Assembly: GCA_964035545.1 (NCBI GenBank)
Contig: OZ037765.1
Coordinates: 18,042,995-18,106,994, forward strand
From: Bugula neritina
Taxonomy: Eukaryota > Animalia > Bryozoa
DNA length: 64,000 nt
Reading direction: 5' to 3'
This document shows, in pieces, positions 1 through 11,300 of this stretch. The notes below the pieces were generated by a model. It searched no databases. It worked only from the letters and a program-made list of their open reading frames with translations, and was not told the origin of the DNA. The first letter of the stretch is position 1, and each line of letters starts with the position of its first letter. The translations under genes and the position numbers were made by a program.

Positions 1-1189
1 GAACTACAATAACCATCAAAGTTTAGAAATTTAGTAAACAGATTAATGTAATATTTTATAGATTAAACCTGGTAAGCTGTTTGTGGTTACAAGTGGTCAA
101 CAGCAAAAAGTGTCACATAATATGGCAACACCTTCTAGCCTCATTGTAAGTTTAATGAAGTTAGTTGTCACTTGTCGGTAGGTCAGGTAAAAGTGCACAC
201 CTGAATTATTTAATAAAACAATGCTAAAGTTGTTATTTGAGACATTTTTTTTAAAACCAGTTACCAGCAATTAGTTTTTGAAGAAGAAGTCTTTAAAATT
301 TTGGCTAATTTTAGAAATAATTACAGCGTTTAAAATAAAAGCTAATGATTAAATCTTGCTATAGAATAATAACAAAATCGAAAATATCTCAAACCTAAGA
401 ATCAAGTTTACATTTTAATAAGTATTTAGTGTTAAAGTATTGAATTTTCTAGAGTTTTACAAGAGCTGAGTTTTACTTTGCTAAGCTAATGAAGCCACAA
501 ACTAGAACTGCCAGCTGCTATAGCTGCTAGCAGTGTCACCGCAGAGTTGATGTCCACTTACAGATTGAAGATGGTCTCTCCTACTCTTATTCTTCCCGGA
601 GATGAAGTGTGTGTTGCCTCGAAGAGATAGAAACTACGAGTGATGATGTATGCCTGTTATAACAGTAACATATACGATGAAATTAGTCAATCAGCTAATC
701 ACTGGCTGCGATGAAACCCCTATAACAACATAATACACATGTAATACAATTGTAGCCTATATAAGTGGCAATCAATCTACTGTTGTAGTAACTATATCTA
801 GATATTACATATCCAGTTCGTGAAATTTAATACGATTAATAGCAGGGCAATAAAGTTACAGACTATGGGCTGCTATTGAACATTATCTCATGAGTATTTG
901 CTTTCCATTTTTAGAAAAATGTTATCAATCTTTTATATTACTAGTCAAATTATACAATTCTTCAGTTGCGGAGTATAAGATAACATTGATCAATGCAGAT
1001 TGAGAGTAGGCTGTAAACTTCATTTAGCTACGTGATATGATTTGATTGTACTTGTGCCATGATATATAAGCAGCTCTTGAATCCCTTGTAATACCATCAT
1101 GCAGCTGTGAGTTTATTCCTCAACTAGGCTTCATTAGGCTGTTAAGGTGCCAGGTGCACAAAAGTTTAAAAGATTTTCACCAATTCATT

Positions 1190-4100
1190 TATCCTTAGTA
1201 CAAAACAAAATTCTAATTGATTATAGCTTAAAAAGAGTGAAAAGGTTTTATATCATATTCCAAAAATGTGCTGAATGAGTCATCATTGAAGAAGCTACAG
1301 CTTTTAACTGCAGATCCTATTTGTTCCCGAAAAGGAAATTATAACAAGTTGCGGTTAATTAACCAAATCAAACTTTTTCTCTCCATTCCAGTTCAAAGTT
1401 TATGTACAGAATCTTGATCTTATTTACCAAATTTACTTCTTTTAATTCCAGTAATTAAAACGGCTGTTTTATTCAGTAATTTTGATTTGAAACTCCGTTT
1501 CTGTGACCAACTATTGTATATTGATTGGATTATGATGAAAAATGTTTTGAGAAGCATCTTAATAATACTGTTTAACAAACAGAAAGTCATTAACCTAATT
1601 TTTACAGAGTGCTTGCATTTTTGCACTATTAGCTAAAGTGTTGATAAGTGGGTTATAACCATACAAGTATTTATTCGTAAATTATTTGTGAAGATAAAAA
1701 GTTGAAGAAGGATGGCCAGGTATATTAATACTGTATATAGAAAGAGAGCCAAAATACTATTAGTGTATGCTGATGGGTAGTTTAGTAATTATATCCAATT
1801 ACAATTATATGTCAACCTATGGCAGTACTATAAAGGTCAACGCCCTACAGCCAGCAATATTGTTCTGTACAAAATTTATGATTTCTTTCAAATCTGAGCT
1901 TAGCTGTAAATCAACATAGCATTAAATCTTGTTTGTAAAAGCCTGCAAAAATAGTTTAAACATGAATTCATCCTTCATTGTTTTTCTTTGTTGGTAGGTA
2001 AATGCATATAAGTAACATCTGGAACCACATTTTTGCAAAGGTGAAGCAAAAGCTTTCCAGATTTGAAAATAACTCCAAAGCCTTATTCTGCTAATTTAAG
2101 ATTCTTTTAATTGATCTACAGATTCTATAGTAAAGCATGATAACTTTATCTTACATAGACAAGTTCCAATTTCAGAGATACGATATGCATTTCATCCAAA
2201 CCAATCAACTGTGCAAACTAAGCTGTATCGATCCTGGCAAATTGTTAGAAGAAATTCTATTATATATTAATTGCATAAATGTCAGTTGCACATGCGCAAC
2301 TAAAAAGCTATATAAAAGTGCAAAAACATGTTTTGATAAAATGTAATTAAAAACGCATAAATTATTATCTTTAGAAAGCTCTCTGCTAAGCTGCTGTTTA
2401 TTGTATGCATTTTGTTTTCTAGACTGGATATTGATTATTCACCAGACAGGCTCCTATATTTGCGGTAGAGGCAGTCAGCAAGAATAAAACTCTCATAATA
2501 GTTAAGCTATCTGTAATCCTGGGATGAGCATATGCTAAAAGATTTCATCTCAAATGGGTTGCTAATTAGTAAGTCTATACAATCATACCCCATTTGCCTG
2601 GCTTTAGCTTTGCTCTATATAGTTTAGTCCTTGTGCAGTCTGAAGCTAGCATTCAGCTAAAGGTCTACATTATGTGCAGATATCTTTTTACATATAATAA
2701 ACTTTTTTATAAAGGATGCTTTTTTAAATAAAATATACATTTGGGACCACTACAGCTGGGAACCTCAGCTCACCTTAAGAAAAACCACAATAGTACTATG
2801 AGGAGGACTTGAATAAGCTTTTTGGATAGCCGATCTTGACTGCAAGGTTTATATTACGATTATTGATTTTTCACAAAGCCAATCATACCATCATATGAAG
2901 AAGCCAGTTACTGATGGATAACTTGCAATATATTTGGGACTAGCACCAATATATTACAATAGATAAAATAAAGAAGTTGAGATTAGCTGCTTGCAGTAGC
3001 ATGATATTTTTAGGTAGTTCAGTTTTATCCTATCAAAAACAAAAAAATATGTGTACTGAAAGTTGTTAATTTTACTTTAAATTTTCTGAGAGTACAAAAT
3101 AGTTTTATAACGCAATGGCTGGTATGTTTTATTTGGTATTGATAATTGCACATGTAAACATATTATATTGCCCCAGGTGCAGGCAAGCCTCACTACACAC
3201 TGTTGAGTTACTGACTGAAATACCTGTTCACAGTGAATTTGCAGTTGCAATAGTAGCTGCTGTATATAGTCTATGATCAATTATGTAAATATATCCATTT
3301 ACTCTCTGTACAAAACAGAATTTTAATTGAAGCTTTAAAAAGTGGTAGATTTCATATCATGTTTTAAAAGTTGGCTAGATGGGTCTCTATTAAAGAAACT
3401 ATAGCTTTCAACTGCAAATCATATTGTTTCCTGAACAAATAAATAACAAGTTGTGGTTCATTAACCACATCAAACTTCTCTCTTCATTCCCAGCTCAAAG
3501 TTTATTTACAGAATCTTGATCTTCTTTACCAAATTAACTTCTGTTAATTCCATTAATTAAAATGGCTGCTTTATTGGGTAGTTTTAATTTTTGTAAACTT
3601 TATTTCAGTAAGCAACTATTCTATATTGGATTATGATGAAAAATGTTTTGAGAAGTATTTTTAATAACTGCTGTTAGACAAACAGCAAGTCATTAGCCTA
3701 ATTTTTACAGTGCTGCAAGTTTTTAAACCTAGCTAAAGTGTTGATAAGTGGGCTATAACCATAAAACTATTTTTTCATAAATTATTTGTGGAAATGAACA
3801 TTTGAAGAAGGATGACCAGGTACAATAACACTGTATATAAGAAAGGAAGTCAAAACATTGCTAGTGCATTATATACACTGATGGATAGTTTAGTAAGTAT
3901 ATCCAATTACAATAATATGTCAATCTACCGCAATACTATAGGTAATAGTCAATGCCCTACAGCAGGCAATATTTTTCTGCGTAAAAAAATTACGAATTTT
4001 TTAAATTTGAGTTTATAGCTATAAATCAACACGGAATTAAAATCTTGTTTGCACAGGTTTGTAAAAGTAGTTTAAATTTGAATTCATTCTTTACTTTAAG

Positions 4101-4610
4101 TGTGTTTTCTTTGTTAGTAAATAAAAGTAACGTATCAGAAAGCACATTTTTGTAAAAATGAAGCAAAATCTTTACATGCAACTTTAAAAATGATTCTATA
4201 AAACTTAATTCTTCTAGTTAAATATTATTTTAATTAATTTTTATATTTTGTAGTAAAGCATTATCTTTATCATACGTAGACAAGCTCCAATTCCATTGTT
4301 GATTTGCATTCCATCCAAACTAATGAACTTTACAAACTAAGCTACACGGATCCTGGCAAATCGTTAAAAGACCTTCTATTGCGCATCTATTACATGAAGG
4401 CCAATTTCACAAGCACAGCTATTATAAGAAAGCTATATAAAAGTGCAAAAGCATGTTTTAATAAAATTTAATTTAAAAAATCGTAGTTGATCAATAAAGC
4501 AGCAGCAACAACAGCAACAACAGCAGCAACAACAACAACAACAGCAACAACAGCAACAACAGCAACAGCAACAACAACAGCAACAGCAACAACAACAGCA
4601 ACAGCAACAA

Positions 4611-4657
<47 letters not shown>

Positions 4658-4665
4658 ACAACAAC

Positions 4666-4708
<43 letters not shown>

Positions 4709-5650
4709 CGGAATGCTAATGTGTTTTCCATTTACAGTGTAAATGAAAAACACATTAGCATTTCATTGCTGTGCTTTTCTTGGAAATATTTTTTTTCAAT
4801 TAGTAGTTTCAGTCATAGCATGAAACCATGAATTCATGGTTTCTTTAAAATAATGTAGCAAAAACTCTTTAAAATATAGATAATTACTTGATCATGTATG
4901 CTAACACAGCTAAACCACTGCCTCATTAACTATATACACACGCATATATACAAGTAGCAGGCATGCACTCCAAGACAGTGCCAATTATTGTATACAGTAG
5001 AGCTTGACCAATGGTGACAGCCAACACAACAAATTATTAATGGGACTTATATCATAGCTGCCAAACCACAAAAATGCTTTTAAGTTTATTTTCTTCAAAA
5101 CTTTCATGAAGAAATATTTTACAAATATTTTTTTAGCTGCTGATATGTGTGCTTTTACCAAAATATCTATCTCCTAAAACAACAACTCTATAGCACAATT
5201 AGAATTTTAAGTAGCACACAAACTTAAAAATTTTTTAATGAGTTTCCTCTTTATAAAAGGGTTTAACCAATTCACTTTGCGAGGACACAACTCTTAATTA
5301 TGAAGTGGGTACCATGGACATTGGAGATAGGTCTATTCCGTTTTATCTTTTTTGTAAACATAAAATATATGTACTGAAAGTTTTTGGCTTATTACGATAA
5401 ATTTTCCGGAATTGTTAATAACAACTAGATGTCCACTTACAAAAATAACCTGGAATAGTTTTATAGCGTAATGGCCGATATTTTTATTGGGCATTAATAA
5501 TTGCACTAGCTCCGTAATATTTATGACTGGCGGGCATGCAAGGCTCACTACACAGTGTTAAGTTGCTGACTGAAATACCTATTCACAATGCATTTGCAGT
5601 TTCAAAAATAGTGACTGTATATAGTCTATAATCAATTATGTAAATAGATC
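1190..5650. repeat. Degenerate local duplication: about 1190-2400 resembles 3300-4490, and about 3010-3295 resembles 5335-5650
   Basis: Many shared blocks in direct orientation, e.g. ACAGAATCTTGATCT, GCTAAAGTGTTGATAAGTGGG, TTGAAGAAGGATG, GATCCTGGCAAAT, AAAGCTATATAAAAGTGCAAAA and CTGACTGAAATACCT. Roughly 75-80% identical by eye. Confidence 0.85.
4499..4709. repeat. Compound (CAG/CAA)n microsatellite
   Basis: Mixed ACAGCA/ACAACA units followed by pure (CAA)n. It accounts for the poly-C, poly-T/A and poly-Q ORFs in the track. Confidence 0.98.
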
Positions 5651-6699
5651 TAAGAGCACCTTATATACGGTAAAGCATATAAACAGCCTTTCCTTTCCAG
5701 ATATCCAACGGCCAAATTCAGCATTACAGTTTTTGAAACCCTAACAGCAATGTTGAAGCCTGAAAATATGAAAATAGTTTGATCTAACAACTTTAGATTT
5801 TGAATGACTATTTCTAATAGTTATTCAGCCCACCACTGATATCGGTGACTGGATATTAAGATAGTTATGTTTTGTGATTAACTTAACAGAACTCCCGAGT
5901 GCCCTAAGAATTCTAGGTACACCTAGGCTAACATTACCTTTTCACAGTGGTAAATATGAATTAATTCATAGTTCTAGGAATTTTGGAGCCAACGTTGCAA
6001 AATATATATAGAACTCTTATTTCTCCTGATAACAATTTTCTGGCATTGTGAGTTTTACACTTGTGTGTACACCCACCTGCTTTTACTAATGTAATCAGAT
6101 TATATGCACACCTTGATGCACGCTGAGCACATTTAATTAATTCTAAATAATGATTGATCATCACCCTCACTTTCTGTGGGAGTGATGATCAGTTTAACCG
6201 ACTACTAGTTCATAGCTTCCTACTAGCATCAATCTTATTGGCTGAATGCATTTATTGTAATGTTAGCAAACTTGTCACCCCTTTACTCATTTAAACAAAA
6301 TTAAAAACCAGTAAATTTTAATATGATTAGGCAGGTGTCTAAGTTGATAGACTGAGAGTAACAGCTAGATGAGTGATGCGGTTACCAACCACTGCTGTGC
6401 CCACAAAGTAATGTACTGTAATGCTGTATGGTTGGCAGCAATGCTAGCTACATACATGCAGCTTTATATTACTGGCCAGCATCATTGTATAATTTGTAAA
6501 ATCCAATAAAGCATGACTAAAACGGAATTTGATATACAGTTGAAAAATTATTTTCTAACTGTAGCACCTAATTGTTTAAATTAACTGTTTGCTTAAAAAT
6601 TATAAAAAGGTTATTTTCCTTACAAAGCTTAAACATAACACAATAATATTATCAAATGTATAAAAGCTGTGTTGAGAAATAATTTATTGTAATTTACTA

Positions 6700-7022
6700 T
6701 GCTTGTCAGATTGAGAGCCACTAAAATAGAATATTTTGAATGAGAAGTCCATTTTGTCAAATTTAGCTTGAGTTGAGACCAGAGATCAGCATTTTTGAAA
6801 TTATTTAATTCCAATTCCCTATGAATCATTACACAATAAAGTCCCAATAATTACTGCAGGCTGCATGTTTTGTAGCACCGTATAAATAGATATCTAAAAG
6901 GTGGTTTTTCTACTCTAATTCATATACATGTGCAAAATAACTGTTTATGCTTTTGATCTAGGGTCACATAAATATAGGCTGGGTACCAATCCAGCCCTGG
7001 GACAGCCTGTTGGATAGCCCTG
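6700..7022 (-). mobile_element. Possible second hAT relic (single terminus)
   Basis: CAGGGCTATCCAACAGGCT (- strand, ending at 7022) resembles the terminus at 46683. No partner TIR was found. Confidence 0.4.
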
Positions 7023-8186
7023 CTTTAGCGCTTCAATAATTAATTATCTTTTATTCAACAACCTGAAGCCTGTGAATATTGTTAATATAGATGCTATGGG
7101 CTACATGGTTAATAATAATAAATCTGCTGTAGATGTGAAGTTAGATTATACTTTATTGGACAAAGTATTTTCCCCTGAATTATTAAAATGAATAGCATAG
7201 ATATGACAACCCTTGCAATGTATGTATATATATAGACATAATATTATAACATAGACATATATGAAGCAAACATATTACAAATTAATAAGTATTTAGCTAT
7301 ATTAAAATATTTTCCATATATTTTTATAAAACAAAAGAAAACTAGGTACAAGATTAATTACTGTAAAAAAGTAAAAATTCAAAATTGCCTTGTCCACTCT
7401 CAGTAGAACGCTCTTAAGCAAGTATTCAACAATTAATTAGCAAGTGACTCATTACCCAATACTTCCAATTGCTGTAATATATTTGTGGAAATGCATATTT
7501 TGCAGAGCTTTATATCTGATCATACAGTCAGTCTGTTGCATTGAGATGGTGTTAGAAGCAGACTTCAGCTTTCTCTATACTAGTCAGTCTCTATATCTCA
7601 GCAATATCCTCGTCTTTTTTATTATTGCTGTAATTATACGTCAAAATTATATAATATAATTTAAATGTACTAAAGTTGCTTCATTAAAACAACTGCGTGA
7701 AATTTATGATAATAAAACTGAAAAGTTTAAGTAAGATATGAGAACTTTGAATCAACACCTATGTTAAACATTTCATGCGCAGCAATAACTAGAGTCTTCA
7801 CAGCTACAGACCTCAAGCATTACAAATTTTGTAAATCTAATAACTGATGTCAGTAACATAGCTAATTGGACTGCTGAAACAAAAAGAAATTGTGTTGTTT
7901 TTATCACAAGTAATATAAAACTCAAACCCCTAAAATACTTCAAATCGGTGAGTCTTTATAATTTCCAGTTTTTTAATGGAATAAAATTTAGTTTTTAAAA
8001 CATTATTTGATATTTAGCCCTACACTTATTATCAATGCAGCTTTATAATGCATGCAGGAAATCACAATAGATTCTAATAAAAATAACCGACAGACCTTTA
8101 AAGCAATCTAATGACAGATATATTCACCATTACAAACAAAAGTAGTAAGAAATGAAACAAGAACTTTTTTAGAAGTTGTTCATAGC

Positions 8187-8256
8187 TTGCTATCTGCTAC
8201 CTGCTGCTTGCTAGCTACTACCTGTTACTTGTTACTTGCTACTTGCTACTTGCTGC
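8187..8256. repeat. Degenerate 7-bp repeat (TACTTGC/TACTTGT), just downstream of the predicted Hv stop
   Basis: Seen directly: TACCTGT TACTTGT TACTTGC TACTTGC TACTTGC. Confidence 0.8.
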
Positions 8257-8325
8257 ATTGATTATTAATGTTATTGCTTAATATAAAGCCATAGCTGGTA
8301 GATAGTACTTCAATAAACAATGCCA

Positions 8326-11300
8326 TCAGCCCTTCACAATTTGTGTGGGACTACATTAATATTGTAAGCAGAGAAAAAGCATGACAGCCAAGCATATGCA
8401 GCATACTCCTTATATTTTTAGCATAGAGCAAATAAATGAAACTCACGAAACCATGTTGTTCATTCCATGCATTAAGCCCATAGACATCTGCATCATAGAT
8501 GCTAAACCTGCACTTGTACTAGGCCTCTTTATCTGTTTAACTGAAAGAATACACATGGTAAAGAATACAATTGGTATTCTTGTAAATGATATGCAGTAGC
8601 ATAACTATGCATTGTCTGATTACTATGTCAGTGTAAGCCCTTAGCTATGTCTTTCCAGAGCTAGTGGTGAATTTCTTGGTTTAGATACTATCTTCTGATA
8701 TACTTTAAATGTCAGTGCAAACAGTTGCGTAAGGCTGTTGTATTAGTTACTATCAGTGTTTACAGTGTTTACATGCATATAGAGAGCTTCAATTCGAGTT
8801 TATTCAAATAAATCGAACCAAGCTATGGTGAAATGTAATAACTTGTTTTCGTTCAACAGTTGCAGCAATTGTTTTAGTCATGCAGCAACACTTTGCTACT
8901 AAAGTAAAGATGTTTCAACAAACAAATTTACCAACAGCCATGATATGTAGCTTTTAGGAAATTGTCTATTAAGCATGCCATCATTATCATTTCTATGAAT
9001 AAAGTTAAAAATATTATCACTAAAATAAAGATTTTATAGCTCATAAAACACGTAAACCCAAAACTGTATGAAGAATCAATAAATTACTTTCCCTACCCAA
9101 GGGTTTGCAGGCTTTTAGCTTGTATTCACTGATGTCATAAGATTTAGCAAGTCTACAAAGATTTGCTACGTAATCCTAAAAATAAAATTAATGCATAATA
9201 ATTACTTAATAAAAGTACATATTAAAAGTTAAACAGATGTGGTCAACAATAAATATTTGAAAATGCACTTGGAGTTGTCTACTTATTGTTGCAAGTTCTT
9301 GCTCTGTTTATTAAACTGAAATATATGCCAACACAAATGTCTTACTAACTTTATAAAATAATTTGCAAACCTCATAACTCTTTATCTCTTCAGAAAGAGT
9401 TTCAATTTTATCTTCTAGAGCTTTTCGAATTCTTTTCTGTACTCTTATTCTGAACTGTAACCGCTTTTTAGCAGTGACCAATAAAGCTGTAACAAAAACC
9501 ACTTAGGTTATATGAAATCCATGTTTAGGGCGATCAATCAATATCACTGTAACTGTTAATTTCTTAGGTCAAGTCAAGTATAGTAAGTCAAGTATAGATT
9601 AGGTTCTGCTATTAAATTTCCAACTTCAAGCTAATTGCAGGTGGAGCTAACAGAGGTCAATACTTTGTGTAATAACTAAGACACCACAAATTTTATTTCT
9701 CATAATTTGTTGTTTTAATGTTAATTCAGTAGCAACCTAGCGTGAATATTTGTAATAATTTACAGCAAACTACTTGAAGGTATATCTAATTTCTTAGAAG
9801 TGAATTTCTATTATTAATAATTTAAAAAGAACTAGCTTACTCTACTACCCAGCACTATAGCATCTTATAAAGGTGCTCTACTAAAATGCTTTTATAGAAC
9901 ATTGTAACAAACTACAGAAGCTGCTACATCAGAGAGTTATTGTTATTCACTGATTCTAATTTGAGAGATCAGATTATTTTGCTAACTTGTGTAAAAGCCT
10001 GTTAGTTCTCAAGCTACATTATTTCACAATATTGAATATTCTTCCAACTTTCAGCTAAATATTTCAGCCAAATAATATGTATATTATATTAGAGATTGTT
10101 GTTATAACATGACAACACCTGTATATCCATATACTCATATATAACTATGTATAATTATGTGATCACCACTGTGAACTGTCTAACATTTCTTTCTGTTACA
10201 TATTATTCTATAAATACAAATTGTTAGTATAATATTAAGTACATATGCAGCACTAAGGTCATATAAGATATAGTAGTGTTTTTAAAATTAATCCGCCTTA
10301 AAAACACTAACACCACTTTAATCCTAGTTTAATATCTTCTAGATCAAAGACTATAAACATTTTTTAGCTGTTCTAGTAGTAACTTTCAGTTAGAATTGAC
10401 ACTTCGTTACAGTACGTTGCTGGCTTGGTGAAAGCTGTGAAGGTTATATATGCAGGCATACGGCAAGATAAATATAGTAATTTTCAGCGTCTGATGACTA
10501 ATAGGCAACAGGTTAATAAGCTCTGTTTTTTGTAATTCTATAACCCAATGTACATAATACAACCTGCTAATTTAATAAAATTTCAAATCCATCCCTAACT
10601 ATGAGCACCAAACCATGAAAATTTATAACATATGCTCACAATAAAGTCTTTAACCATTATAATTCTTTATATATGTTTGAAAAATTATCATGCCTCTAAA
10701 ATTTGCTCTTTAACTAGCCACAACACTGGTATAGGTACTATACAGCATTTTAGAGTATATAAGTATAAACTGCATGAAGTTTTTAAGTACTTGGAACAAT
10801 ATTTGTACGCAAGTTAAGTTTGTATGCTGCTATACTCAAATTAGATTAAAGAGGGAAATAAGAAATATAAGATGATAGTACAAGCTAACCATTGAACACC
10901 CTCAAAATTCTCCATAGTAAGAATATGACTAGTATAGTGGCCCCATTATTTACACTTTCTGGTGAAACCCCATAGATGAAGTAAATGTCCATAGCAAAGG
11001 ATATGAAAATCACTATCCCATCAACTACCTAAAATAGAGAATACATACATATGGAATATATCAGCTATGAATATTCATAGCTATGTTTCTTTAGTTAAAA
11101 TAAACAGCCACAAAAACACAATTTGTGTTATCATTGACGGGATTGAATTAATTTTGCCGATATTAATTCTATGCATGCAGTAGAATAAAGTAATATATAA
11201 TATTCTACTATGAATCAAGTGTGCCTACACACTACATTAATCTTGAGAGATTAAGACCCGTGCAAGATCATAAATAAGTCAGTAGTCAGAATAAATCATG

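Noticed and set aside
480-665. GC-richer exon-like patch near the window start
   Set aside because: It has splice-like sites, but no recognisable protein in any frame and no partner exons in the window.
4433-4831. Poly-Cys, poly-Val/Ala and poly-Thr/Gln ORFs
   Set aside because: These are translations of the CAG/CAA microsatellite, with no splice or homology support.
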